Counted from the first letter of the whole stretch, positions 38,613-52,000 are shown. The stretch is 63,640 bases of DNA, filler included, from Choristocarpus tenellus KU-1152 (GCA_964200185.2; 14 parts of 14 records of this genome joined end to end with filler, not necessarily neighbours in it), one strand, 5' to 3'. The notes: generated from the letters alone by a model not told the origin. Translations and numbers: made by a program.

Positions 38613-41520
38613 ACCCATTCTCCACACTCATTCCTTGGGTGGATATCTAGGACTGCACGCTGTACTCCATTTTGGGATCTCGACTCCAAACTGTCCTACT
38701 TCACCGAAAAATTCCTCCAGTTAGGGGTGCCAGTCTGAGCAGAAAGTTGAAGAACATGCCCTTCTGAAGAAAGACCCGCAGGCGATCGGTCGACACTTCT
38801 TCCTAATTGCGGACAATCTGGAGTTTGTGTGAAGTGTCCAGAACTCCAGAGGTAAAGAGTCTGGGGAGATGTAGGCCAGATCCCATAGTTTTGCAAATGC
38901 CTCTGCCAGTTCTTTGTGACCAACATCTGTCGTGATGACTGATCTGATGTGGCTAGGGCGCATCCCATCAGGGCCTGGTGCAGAGTTGCTGTTCACCCTC
39001 ATGAAGCTTGAAGGGAGGTGGGGGTGTACTCCCCTTCGGGGGGGCAGTACCTTCGTTCCCCAGATCTTGTGTTCCCTTGTATCCTGTCCTTTGCGTCTGT
39101 GATGCCCTGCCTAAGCTCATCCTGGTTCTCACTCGGGTGGTTGGGAACCAGCACACTGAAAGTCTCCTCTGTCCCCGGGGCTCTGGGTTGTGCTAGGAGC
39201 ACACTTGTCCCCTTGGAGACTCCTCCATGGTGGCGACCCAAAGCTGCAGCACATTCCAGGCGGGTTTGGGGTCCTCTTCAGGGGCCTCCCTACGTCTGCT
39301 GGTCCTCTGGGATCGTTCTAGTGGGCATGCGACCAGCTCTTGAATGTTCCCTGATGCCACCCGGGCAAACCTTTCCTCCCTCGAGAACTTTCCATCATTT
39401 GCCAGTAAGAGGCCAGAGATCATGTGGAAGAGTTTGGATGCTCTGATGACCCCAATGGTCGGTGTCCCACCCTCCAGCCTTGGGGTGGTTACCTCATGTA
39501 TCAGGAGATCCATTGTCTGCATGTGGGTGATTGCGTGGGCGGTGTGGAACCTGGCCAGGACCTTCTTAACCGTAGTGATGTTTACCCACTCCAGGGTCTC
39601 CATCTGGACTTGGTCAAGGGCAGAAGCTACACTTGGAGTGTGAACCCCCCAAGGCAGACGTGGATGTGGTGGTAGGTGGCTTAGATTTCCTGTGGAGGGA
39701 GGGGGGGTAGTGGGGTAGGTGGTGGTGGTGGTGGTGGTGGTGGCNNNNNNNNNNNNNNNNNNNNNNNNNNNNNNNNNNNNNNNNNNNNTTAATTAATTAA
39801 NNNNNNNNNNNNNNNNNNNNNNNNNNNNNNNNNNNNNNNNNNNNCTCATAGTCCCGCTGCTGCCTCAATTTTGAAAATCCACTGTTTGCAGCAGTAATCC
39901 AAGTTAGCCCAAGAGAAATGGGAAGTTAGGAACGATTGGTTTATCATCATATTGCCTGAACAGAGAGTGCCATCAAGTTAAATCCGTTGTATTGTGACTA
40001 ATTGCTCCTTTCAAGTAAGACTTCATTCTTGAAACCAATGATGCACATGCTCCTGATATCACCGTCGCCAGAACAAATATTGATGGCCCCCCAGGGCCAG
40101 GATGATGGACATAAATTCACCCCCTGAAGCACCATCAATTTCAACCCTCAAGATCAGCAAATTATTCGTAGACAACCTTCAGACAGTTTGAGCGGAAAGA
40201 CAAAATATACTATGGTTCTGTAACTGTAAAACGCCTTCCAATTTGCGCGTTTGCGTCTACTTCCTCATCCCTGCACCCCTCTTGAACCGCCTTCCAACAG
40301 GACACACCTAGAGCATATGTTGATGTGAGGGTTATCTCATCGTGAGTATTATCCTCCCATGGGCATCCCATTTCCCCTGCCCTACATTGCGGAGGGAAAG
40401 GTACAAGATCCCATCAATGAGGGAGGAGGGTCCCTGTGATTACGCGAGTAGGGTATCTTGCTTCCGGTGAGCCACCGCACGGACCTACTTCTGAAGTTGT
40501 ATACCTTTCCTGTGGAACTCTCTCAAGTTCCACCTCAGCGGATGTAGAACTACTGTTAAATACTGAAAAATGTATGTTCAGAGAATCTGATTAAGTATTC
40601 GATCTCAGGTGGCACAAAAGACACAATGGCCGTAAGTCCAAGTCAAGGGTTTGCATTTCCCACACACAATATGCGTCGTACATCGTTAGCCGTTTCTTCA
40701 AACCAAAGTATAGATACCACTACTTCACAAGAAAGGGTCAGCCCTCGCAAAAAAAAAGAGCACAAATAACACACAAAGAAGAAAAACCTGCTCCAGCAAA
40801 CGGATACCCACCTATTTCCCTACCTTACACGTACCGCAGAGTAGTATCTACTACATCTGTTACAGGAAATACCACCACTAACACCAGACCAGTACCAAAG
40901 TTCCAATACCCTCGGCAAGCACTACATGCCCCGTGAATCGAGGGCATCAATAGCTGTTGATTAAACACGCATATCCAAGGCGACTAGGTCCTTGAGTGTA
41001 TTAAACCCACATATTTTTACGCAGTCTATGGGAAGGAAGCGAGCCGTTTCTCAACAAAACACAACCAATCCATATCAACTATATATTTACCACCATTTGC
41101 AAAACCATCGTATTCATCCTCCGGGCCACCGCCAACAATATAGATAGCAACTCCCTCCCACTATTAACGTTTGTATCAACCACGCAAACCACACCCCACC
41201 CCCAAAGTAGAATCGCACAAGCTTTCATACTTACACAAAAACAGTACAGTGCAGCACCCCCACCTTGCTGCCTATTTATATAAATAGTGACCCTGCTCGC
41301 GCTTTTTGTTTTTGTCTGCCATTTAAACTCACTTGACCGCAGCAGAGCGAGAAGTCAGGCAATGCCTCCCTACCACAGGAAAACCTTTATAATGGAGCTT
41401 CCACTCCCTTACCTACCACCCCCAGTATACCGAATCACACTTCCCCTCACCCTACCTAGGTTTCATTGCATCCCACACACTTCTTTGAGCCATGCTGAGT
41501 GTGGGAAGAACAGTTCTCTC

Positions 41521-41523
<3 letters not shown>

Positions 41524-41556
<33 letters not shown>
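41524..41556. repeat. (TG)n microsatellite
   Basis: Direct observation. Confidence 0.9.
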
Positions 41557-41557
<1 letters not shown>

Positions 41558-42346
41558 CATATTATGCCCCTAACGCCTGAGTATCAACCTCCATGCCCCA
41601 AAGCAGGGCCCACGACATGCCCCCTAATAAATGCTTCCACATACTCGAGACAAGATATGCCAGCCTTCTCAAGGGCACTCACTACTGGCAGTCAACTACA
41701 ACTCCAGAGTACCTAATAGCACCACGCAGAAATATAAAAACGGAACTCTGAGGATGACCCCCTCTTCCGTTTACCTCTCCTCTTCCACCCCCAACCTCCC
41801 CCATTTCTCGCACATCTTGGCTAAACCTGTTCAACATAACACAAGGGGAAGAGCTCACAAAAATCACAACCAAAAAAAGCTCTTCCGTCCTCTCCCCTCT
41901 CCTCTGACCAATGCCTTCGTATTTCATTTCATTCATTACAAACACTCCCTGCCCTCCTCTCCCTGTGTTTTCAAAATCGACCATACCCACCCACATTTAT
42001 CAAATACCACACAATTAAGCACATATAAAAAAAGAGAACTATCAATTCTGTTTACTTTCAGCCACGCCGCCTCATCAAGGTCATGAAACCTAAGGCAGCT
42101 GTCAGAGCAACCGCCCCTCCTACCACAGCCCACTCTTCCCACCCAAACGCTGACAACGCCGATTCTTCTGAGTCTTCCTTGTCTGAGTCATAGCCCTAGC
42201 GCACGCATGACCAAGAGTTGCACACCATTGAAGGCATGAAAGGGGACGAAACACCATGGGGGTGTAGTTAGTTTTATCACAAACCAGCGATTGTGGCATC
42301 CCTTTCTTTTTCTTTTTTTTTGTGTGGTAAAGTCATTAAAAAAAAG

Positions 42347-42472
42347 GGGTTAGGGTTAGGGTTGATCTTGTCCTGAGTGTCAAGGGTCACTTTGGACTTT
42401 GTGCATTCAAAGAGGGGACAGGGTTAGGGTTGATCTTGCCCTGAGATTCAAGGTCACATTAAACTTTGTGCA
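42347..42472. repeat. ~67-bp tandem duplication headed by GGGTTA telomere-like units
   Basis: GGGTTAGGGTTGATCTTG..ACTTTGTGCA occurs twice. Confidence 0.7.
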
Positions 42473-42686
42473 ATATACGCCAAGCCCGTGCCTGGAATGT
42501 AATCAACCCCCCTTGAGGGGGTCTGGTTGTTTAAGAGGAGATTACCTATTGTGAACACATTGATAGCCGAAGGCGGTCTCCACAATNNNNNNNNNNNNNN
42601 NNNNNNNNNNNNNNNNNNNNNNNNNNNNNNTTAATTAATTAANNNNNNNNNNNNNNNNNNNNNNNNNNNNNNNNNNNNNNNNNNNN

Positions 42687-42830
42687 CCAGGGTGTCCATT
42701 TGGGTCAAAATCAAGAAAAGTGCACTTACATTATCCATCCAACGTATGCAACCGAATCACCTAAAAATCGCAACATGAAAAAATTGGCCCCAAATGGACA
42801 GCCGCCACCCCCCGCCAGATACTTTGAGCC
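42687..42830. mobile_element. MITE family B, one end lost in gap
   Basis: Ends CCAGATACTTTGAGCC. Confidence 0.8.
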
Positions 42831-43246
42831 TCGCGTATCTCTCTTTCTACAACACAACATTTTGTCACAAACACCTGCCGAAAATCAAGTGTTGTGTTCA
42901 GGGAATGAGAAATATCTTCTAGGTCGAAAGAGAGGCCAAACGCACACAGAAGAGAAGTGCAAAGGTGGAAGGTAATGACCTTGGTAATGACATTTTGCAC
43001 AGGAGGGAACCTGGAGTCCATATTTGAGGCACTCCTCTTTCTCCGGTGTAGGATCTAAAGTGTAGTGTGTCTTCGTCATGTTGAGTGTCTCGACCAAAGA
43101 CGAGGTTGTACAGAATGTTGAAACATAGGCTACTCATTTGTTCTTTCTTGTTACGATACAGTACCACTAGTCAATACTGACTGTTGATTGGTCCGTTACA
43201 CACTGGTCGTTACTTTCACTAGCTTATCATCACAAACATTACTTAC

Positions 43247-43597
43247 TGTTGAAACATGTTGAATGAAACATTAGTAAACCCCTGAGCTACCGAGCAGACA
43301 CAACTTCTTAGTAAACTCGGTAGTCAGCTGACTATCTGCTTGGTAGCTCAGGGGTTTACTAATGTTTCAACAAACGCTACTTTCGTGGGATCAAATCTCG
43401 CCATGGTTACACATCGGTCAAAAGGCTAAACTCCGCCAGGAAGCACAACCTAACATTAGTAAATACCCCGCCAAAGCTGGTCACTGATTGGAGGGATAGA
43501 AACCCTCGGGCGAAACCTCATCAAGTCTAACAGCTTGCAATCCCCGGGATATCTGACTATCTGCTCGGTAGCTCAGGATTTTACTAATGTTTCAACA
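43247..43597. mobile_element. Non-autonomous TG..CA element with long inverted repeats and 5-bp TSD
   Basis: TGTTGAAACA..TGTTTCAACA; CTTAC at 43242-43246 and 43598-43602; ~35-bp arm present once forward and twice inverted. Confidence 0.8.
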
Positions 43598-44790
43598 CTT
43601 ACCTTCAAAACACCGTAGTACAGAACAGTTGGTCTCCATCACACACACATAGTATGTGTCAGTTGAGTTACAGGAGATATTGATTCAAGATTGTTCTGTT
43701 GTTCCGTTGTTTGTTTTTGTTTTTTCTCTTTCTTCTTCTTAACACCAAAAGACCCCACTTATACGCTTATTATTGATCATTATTTCTTCTTGGTTGGCAT
43801 TGCCTCTTCATAAGACACCAGGATCACTATGTGTTAAGTCTACTGATGCACACTAGGATGCTACAGGTTCAGAGTTAAAACATCCAACGAAACCCTTGTC
43901 CGCCAAGGTAACAAGTTTTTATTAGAGCATGCATTTCTTCCTCTGAGTGTATCAATGAAGATCACTGAATTCTCAGTTTCAACAGAACAAATTCACTGGT
44001 GCTTTGCGGCACTATGACACCTCTTCGCATCACAAACTGATCATTTCACACGAAAGCACAACTCATTCGATTCAGGTTTCAACACAGAATACGATATGAA
44101 TTACAGTAATATGTAATTGAAAGCATTCGGGATCGTGTTTTATATCTTAGCAGTATAATTGTAGAGAATCAACTCTGGGTATTGATGTCCAGATGTTCGA
44201 TATGTCTTATTTCTATATCATGATAAAGTATCTAGAAACGCCGTAAGTGTTCAGTTTTAGTTATTTCTTCTGGAAGCAGCAACAGGTGCAAAACCAAGCC
44301 CCACCATCCATAATAATATCACTCTTGTTTGCCCATGCGTTGAAAATTGCTACCTTTTGCCATTGGACAAAATATATCAAATTTGGTTATGAATGTTTTC
44401 CCCATCCATGCCTTCAAACAAAAGATATCAAGTTGGGTTATTCATGTTTTGTCCATGCGTTGAAAATTGCTACCTTTTGCCGTTCCACAAATGTTGGCAA
44501 CTCGCGGTATCGACAGTGAAAAATATACCCTCTTCATGAAAACAAAAGGCCTCGTTTGAATGACACCGGTTTGATAATAAACACTTGTGCAAACAGACAT
44601 TGCAGACGCTATCGATCTTGAAGCCACAAATAACATATACTATCCCTACTATTTTTGCAACACTTCCTGCCTTGTCCCCACTGACAATGCCCTTGCTTCC
44701 ATCACTAATCACATATATCCGCCCCTTCATGCGTCTCGTTTGTGCTGGTCGCTACCGGTGCTCGCACCCCACCCCCCTATCATGCCACAG

Positions 44791-45645
44791 AGCAACGACC
44801 GGGAGCACCAACAACTCCAAGGGGAAGCGGACCACAGAGGTGAGATAGCAACAAGCCTCAACGCGTCGCATACCATGGACCTTGCTACATCGACAGTCGT
44901 GTCCCAAGAGTTTAATGCAAACCTCCTTGACAAGGGGAGAGTCGAGAGCATGTTCATTATACTGGGCACAGACACACAAGACGCGGTCGAGAAGCTCGCG
45001 GCCATCTTGAGTGGACAGCCCTGATCTTTGTGCTCACATTGAAAGACTCTCAAGGAGTTTAAGGCTTCAGTGCATGGATCACGGGTTCCCCTTGATGTAC
45101 CCAACGGCGAACTATTCTCACGATACATTGGAGAGGGCTGTGTGGGAGTAGATGAGCACAGCAAGGAGAGGGATCCCACTGACACATGTAACAATTTCTT
45201 TTGTCTGAACGGGCAACATAGGATTATGCTGTTGAGGACCGTGGCGTTCATTGCCAAGGCACCTATTCTTCCTTGCAGCATACCCCTCCCCACTCACGCG
45301 ACAGCACGTTAGACGTCAGAGGTCGGAGCGACCCTGCAGAAGAATCGACAGAGGAGGTTTGTCGTAAGAAGGCCGAATCTATATCGATCGGAGAGGATGT
45401 TGTGGTGAGTGGATCCCATGTGCCGAATGTCTTGGATATCTTCAAGAGGATGATATCCTGGGTTAGAGCGATGATGGAGTATAGGCGGGATTGCACTTGC
45501 GACAAGTCCCACCCCTATGTACCATAAAACAGCGACGACAGCGAAGGACATATACGCAGGAGGGTGTTGGTCAGCCAGTGCAACCAATACTGCCTGAAGG
45601 ACATAGGCTTCGGGTGTGACAAGTCCACATTCCAAATGGGTCAAA
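44791..45645 (+). pseudogene. NGQHR-motif (ParB/DGQHR-like) gene copy 1, truncated
   Basis: Aligns in protein with 55303-54450; FCLNGQHRIM at 45199-45228; stops and frameshifts. Confidence 0.75.
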
Positions 45646-45653
45646 GTAGAAAG

Positions 45654-45692
<39 letters not shown>

Positions 45693-46218
45693 GGTTGGGG
45701 CAAACACACTTTTTTTTTTTTTTATGGGGGGANNNNNNNNNNNNNNNNNNNNNNNNNNNNNNNNNNNNNNNNNNNNTTAATTAATTAANNNNNNNNNNNN
45801 NNNNNNNNNNNNNNNNNNNNNNNNNNNNNNNNCTTTGGGCCCCACAAGTTTGCAAGTGGCATCCAAACCCCAACATCTTTCACGGCAAAGGGTTAGGGTG
45901 GCAAAGTAGTTTACTGCTTCTCGCCTGCTCCATCCTTTGGGTGAACCTCATTCCAGCGTTCTGGAAATATTCATAACAGAAGCACTGCTGGGTATACGGG
46001 TACCTCTTGCTGGTTTGGAAAGAATACATTTGGCCCGGTTTCCCACTCTACAGTTTTTTGTTTTTGGCTTGGTTGGTGCTTCCAAAGCATTCTATCAGGG
46101 TCCAGCTGCACGGATGATATGTTACAGTCGATATGTCTTAATGGCGGTTTCATAAACACCATTATGACATTGAAGTTCTAGATTTTATATGTTTGTACTT
46201 CTTGATTATTTATTTATT

Positions 46219-46477
46219 GAGTGAAAGTATCTCAGAGGGTACGAATTTTGCCCTGGTTGTCCATTTGGGGCTTGGCTTCAAATGGGTGTTTTTGTGACAT
46301 TTTCCCACTCCAGAATGTTTCGGCGTAGGCAAAAAGTATACGTTATGAAAACGCATGTCCGAAACATAGATATTGACACTCCCTAACAAACACGATGACC
46401 AAAACTACATCAAAATCGTAACATTGGATTTTGACCCCCAGATGGACGCGGCTCTACCCTCTAAGATGCTTTGGCTC
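46219..46477 (-). mobile_element. MITE family A, near-identical inverted partner of 47402-47660
   Basis: GAGTGAAAGTATCTCAGAGGGTA..TACCCTCTAAGATGCTTTGGCTC. Confidence 0.9.
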
Positions 46478-46649
46478 CTACTCCAATTTTTTTGGAGTAG
46501 GCAAAATGAATACAGTATAAAAAGTTGTATTCTGAACAAGGATATTGATATCTCCTAACAAACACGATAGTCAAAATTACGAAAAAATTGCAACATTGGG
46601 TTTTGGCACCCAAATGGACACAGCTCTACCCTCTAAGATACTTTGACTG
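46478..46649 (-). mobile_element. Left half of an older MITE A (inverted); right half at 47661-47750
   Basis: TSD CTGT (ACAG 46650-46653; CTGT 47751-47754); empty site at 17791-17794. Confidence 0.85.
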
Positions 46650-46653
46650 ACAG

Positions 46654-47401
46654 GAGGGCAGTGAAGGGACTGGATCGATGGGGAACGCAGCAGCGGGTTG
46701 GGGCAGGGGCAAGGGTAAGGAAAAACGTAACTCAAGGAGCGCGGGCGGGTCACCCAGCAGGCAAAGCCTTTTACGTCCCCCCTCACGCAGCGAAACGGCG
46801 GACACAGAGAAGTGCATGTGGGTCTCGGCGTGGTTGCACATTATACGGACATACAAGTCGTCTCTGCGTGTTCGTTTTCGCGTTGGTTTGCACGTGGGTC
46901 TTGGCTGGTTGTACATCATGTGGATTGCTCGTCCTTTGTGTGTTCGGTATGACGTTTTTTTGGACGTTTTCATGGGTCATGGAACTTACCTGTTTGACAT
47001 GACCCCTCCTTCCACGAGATGTATCTGATGGTCCTGGCATTGTGGAGGGTACGGCTTAACATTTTGGGGATGCCGGGAAAATATTATCAGGTCCTCACTT
47101 ATTGATACAATTGCCTGTACCATTGTTTACGATGCTGTCCTTTTCGTCGTGCTGTCTGTGTACTGTGTCATGTGTCATGATGTCCAACCAGGGCTGAGAA
47201 CACTGATATCCAACCAGGGCTGAGAACACTGATGTCCAACCAGGGCTGAGTACACTGCACTACACGACCTTCGCCCTCTCGACCGGACGCCACCCTTAAA
47301 CGGCCTGAAAGACTTCGCCTTCCGCAACGTGCCAAAGCTCACCATAGTGTCCATCGCTGCCGAGCCAAGACTCCTCAATGACGAAGAGGCGACCAACACC
47401 C
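46654..47401 (+). pseudogene. Inverted segment of repeat-borne gene copy 2
   Basis: Reverse complement matches ~17100-17790; contains 3 tandem ~27-bp units at ~47177-47260. Confidence 0.75.
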
Positions 47402-47660
47402 GAGCCAAAGCATCTTAGAGGGTAGAGCCGCATCCATCTGGGGGTCAAAATCCAATGTTACGATTTTGATGTAGTTTTGGTCATCGTGTTTGTTAGGGAG
47501 TGTCAATATCTATGTTTCGGACATGCGTTTTCATAACGTATACTTTTTGCCTACGCCGAAACATTCTGGAGTGGGAAAATGTCACAAAAACACCCATGTG
47601 AAGCCAAGCCCCAAATGGACAAACAGGGCAAAATTCGTGCCCTCTGAGATACTTTCACTC
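47402..47660 (+). mobile_element. MITE family A nested in an older MITE A
   Basis: Full TIRs; right flank GTAG is the reverse complement of CTAC at 46478-46481. Confidence 0.9.
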
Positions 47661-47750
47661 GTAGGTAAAACGCCATTAGAAACCCATGAGAAGCCAAGTC
47701 CCAAATGGACAAACAAGGAAAATCTCGCACCCTCTAAGTTACTTTCACTC

Positions 47751-48854
47751 CTGTGCCACGGGGCAATTGATACACAATTGATCCTTGTGCCTCTCGTCGT
47801 CCACAATCTCCACGTTGGCACATTTGCCTATGTGCGTGATGGAGCACGTTGGGCAGGAATACCTGCCGCACGTGGCATCGAACGAGAGCGTCAAACAGAC
47901 AGAACAGAATTTTTTCCACATCATAATTGGGCGCAACAACACAACGCGGGGATCCACGGCTATGAAGGACCACGAAATTGGCGGTACAAAACAATACGAA
48001 CTACAGGTGAGATACAACAGTTGGTTGCGACATGCACTAACATACTCGGGCTGTGGCAAACAAAGAGACCTGGGGGTAGCAACCGCAGTGCCATACACAG
48101 AGGGACCCCGTGACATTCACCGGTGTGGTGGAGTGCATGCTGAAGCAAGACAACTTAGTTAGCCATTCGGGCGATCGGATGAATACCAATCTTATGCCAT
48201 TAATTACCTGCCATCGGCGTGTGCACCATTACAACTACATTACTCACCGAGCCGTAGGTGGAGGATTGTATTCAGTACAGCAAACGCCCGCATTCCACCC
48301 TCCATGACCCTTTTGCTCTTCTTCCGCACCAGGAACGCTGTCGACAGAAGCCCCCTCGCCCGTATCCTCCCTGCCTGGCAGTCCGTCCCCTCCCTCGTCT
48401 TCGTCCCCTCCTCTGTGTTCGCACCCTCCCTCGTCTTCTTTCTCCCCGCCATCTGATGCCAATCCGTTGTTGCTCTCGACGTCGGTGCTGCCGTCATCAC
48501 CGCCCCGCCCGCTGTGGACCTGATGGAGGTTGACCTGGTTGAGGACATCCTGATATTTCCTATTCCAGGTGGTGAGGGAAGCGCGTAGTGTCGAGTCCTT
48601 CTGGAGAATCTGGTGGTGGACACGGCAGAGAACGTTGTTGAGGAGAGGAGGGGACGATGGTGACGTAAAAAATGGGAGAGTGTAATGGAAGAACGATAGC
48701 ATGTCAATCGAGCAGAGCAAACGATACGGTTGACATGGTTAACGCGTCTAATGGAGACGGCTTGCGGGGCGAACTAGTTTGAAAGAAGTCATTGTCGAGG
48801 ACGCCAGCCTGTCTGTAGTTTACGACAGTGACACACGTTAGAGGCGGGAACGAG
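47751..48854 (-). pseudogene. Repeat-borne gene copy 2: acidic exon (48609-48248) and PHD-like finger (47909-47763)
   Basis: Homologous to 17791-18890; CSVC..CPTCSITHIGKC..CINC. Confidence 0.65.
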
Positions 48855-49079
48855 NNNNNNNNNNNNNNNNNNNNNNNNNNNNNNNNNNNNNNNNNNNNTT
48901 AATTAATTAANNNNNNNNNNNNNNNNNNNNNNNNNNNNNNNNNNNNNNNNNNNNTATATATATATATTATTATGGAGATGTGTTAGAAGAGAATCAAGGA
49001 AAACTATATAAAAATTAATGAAAGCTATTCACATATATTTTTTTTGTTTTGCCCTCTGACATTTTTCAGATTTGTCAGG

Positions 49080-52000
49080 AAATCTCTAAAACGTTTCACA
49101 ACAAAAGCAATTCCTGTGCCACACTGCTAAGAGCGATATACTCACTCTCCGTTGAGGACAGCTAAAACCTTTTGAACCTTTGATATCCAAGATATTGCTC
49201 CCCCAGTAATAATTTTTGCTCCTCCAGTCACTGATCTACGACCATTACAGTCTCCAGTATAACTAGCATAAGCATATGCACTCAACTCACACTCAGTATC
49301 AAAACTACCAATACTCAATCCAATACTTGGACACGGATTCAAATATGCTAGAATACACTTAACTTTGGGATTACTATTGTACCCCGACAACCTCATGAAC
49401 TGCATTTGCAATGTCTAGCCTTGTCATAACAGCTGCCCACATTAAACTACCAACTGCCTCTCATTGCGGTGTATTTTCATCAACACTTGGATGATCCTCA
49501 TTCTTGTTTAACCTTGATAGATCATGGGGTACTGCCCTCTTCTTTGCCTCATCCATACCAGATCTTTGACAAATGCTCTTAACGTACTAATTCTGGTTGA
49601 TGCTGACTGTCTGTGCAATTCTGTCACTTGAAATCTCACAACCCATATAGTACTCAAGGTCACCAAGTATCAGAGGGTAGAGCCGCGTCCGTTTGGGGGT
49701 AAACTTCCGATGTTGCGATTTTGATGCAATTTTGGCTATCGCGGTTGTTTGGAAGTCTCAATGCCCTTGTTCTGGACACATCATTCTAGAACATATATAT
49801 TTTGCCTTCTCCGAAATATTTTGGAGTAGGAAAATTGTCATAAGAAACATCTGGGAAGCCAAGTCCCAAACAGATAAACATGGCAAAACTCGTACAGTGT
49901 AAGATACATTCACTCAGATCTATTGTAGAAAACTGCCCTTTAATCCTGAAGCGAACTCAAATCAAAACAGCATGTATACCTGCCACGATAAGATCATCAA
50001 CGTGAGGGGCTATCACAGCACAAACGGCGCCATCTCTTACATAGCGTAACACACAGGGATCTGCTCTGCATTGCTCAAAACCACATTGTTCCAAAACATG
50101 TGCCAATAAATTATTAAAGTCCCTGCTAGCCTGTTTGGTGCTTTCACTAAACACACAATTTCTGCTTATATAAAAGCCTGCTTAACATCCCAATGCTTTA
50201 ATTCCTAATCTTTGTCTGCAGCTAGTGCCAAAACCATTCTCAAAGACGCAGGCGACAGTGTTGGAGCAAAAGTATCTTGGAAATCTAAACCCTCAACCTG
50301 TCGAAATCATTTGTTACTAAACGTGCCTTATACCTGACTGCCTCACCAAATTTATTGATCTTACGCTTGTGAGTCCATTTAGTGTCTATTGCCCTGCGAT
50401 CAGGGAGTAGTATGGCCTCCACCCAAACATTATTGAACAACAAACCAAACATCTCTTCTGCTCTAGTTCGATCCCATAAATCACATCCAGGAGAGCTACG
50501 TGCTGCTCTTACAGTCTTGGGTTCTGGAAGGAGCTCATCCGTTAACACTCTTATATAATCATCGCTCGCACATATCACAAGGGTAGTCTCAGTAGAAACA
50601 GAGAAACATAAAAAAAGTTGAAAGCGTCAAAAAACAGCAGCTTTGGCAGAAGCATTTTGACGGTTACCGGATTTGGTGCGATGAGGAAGGGTGTTGTCGT
50701 GACCATTTCCAGTACTGAGATGTCGAAGTTCCCTCTCGCTTTGGCTGTCATCGTTCTTTGTCTCGTCCTCCCAGTTGTCCATTCCATCACTGGTATCACT
50801 ATCGGTAGTGCTTCACCACCATCGACCCATACATCTCCAGATTCATCGCCATCACCTAATCCACCTTCAATCCAGCAGATGCCGCCATTATCATCATCAT
50901 CACCACCACCACCTCCCATCTCCTGAATTTGGGTATTCCTTTTGTGTGCATGGGGAGGAAGGATGTACCCTAGAGTGTCATCCAATGTCATCATCGTCAC
51001 TCTCAAAATCAGAAGTCAGAAAACGTATCCTGCCATCCTTGGTGGAGTGCGAATGGACGCCTGCTCGCTGGAGTACGCGATTAGTTGTGAAGTCTAGGGT
51101 GTGGAAAGTGCCACGCGGTTGATTCTCTGACATCCTGAGCATGATGCACTGTTGCCCACGGCTCCCAAGGTTGTGTCCTGGGCTGGACTTGTAGTATCCA
51201 GGGGTGCCAAAAGCCAGTACGCCCATCATCAGTGACCCAAGTTCTCAATATTGTGCACGATAAGGCGAGATCCCCTTATTTGCAGCAGTAGTACTTCTGT
51301 TGAGGATGAACATTGAATGGTGATAAGCCTCTCCTTACAATAATATTTTCTCACCCAATCCAGCAGAGTAAATGCTGGCCCTGGCACTGCTGCCAACCTG
51401 AGCAATGCGAAGGTCATCCACGCTATTGTACTGGAGTTCTCCTGTCCTTGTCATCTCCCTCACAACACCCATTCCCAACAATAAAGTCTAGAATTCCTCA
51501 CTTTGCCACTCATCCCCAGGATCATGCCAGATATATTGAATGCGCCACCCACTGGGGATGACTTCAATCTTGTACCATCGCCCAAGAGCCTTTGCGGCAT
51601 TCTTTTTTGTTGAGGAGGGTATATCCAGATGAAACTTGTGGCACCATCAACAATCACCAGGGCGTACAGGGCCCCACCAAGAGATCACACTTTCTTGGGT
51701 CCAGTGAGATAAATGAAAATGCAGGTGAACGGTCCTTTTGCACGAACCATAGTAGATTTGGCGATGGGGTCTCTGATTCGAATTTCTTTAGCGCACCCCA
51801 CATATTTCATTGACACTAGTTCTCCTGACAACTTGATTCCCTCTTCATTTGGTGTGTATTAGAGGATAGGCTCACCAGCATGGTTCAAAATGCGATGAAA
51901 AACGTTAATGTGCACGGGTGCAGACGAGACATTCGCAACAGGGGGTGAATCGTCAGAAGGGTCAAGCCTTTCAACTTCAGCCGTGTACATGGATCCATCC

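Larger units (their letters stand above)
36640..39690 (-). mobile_element. Degenerate CRE-like non-LTR retrotransposon (RT region)
   Basis: Ordered motifs SAPGPDG, RPIACG, LDGRNAFNSVRR, GAQQGDP..PLLY, YLDD, TLGAPVG, GGLGL; frameshifts and two MITE insertions. Confidence 0.9.

Noticed and set aside
43336-43405. Functional tRNA gene
   Set aside because: Only box-like motifs; no convincing cloverleaf or anticodon arm; embedded in a TE
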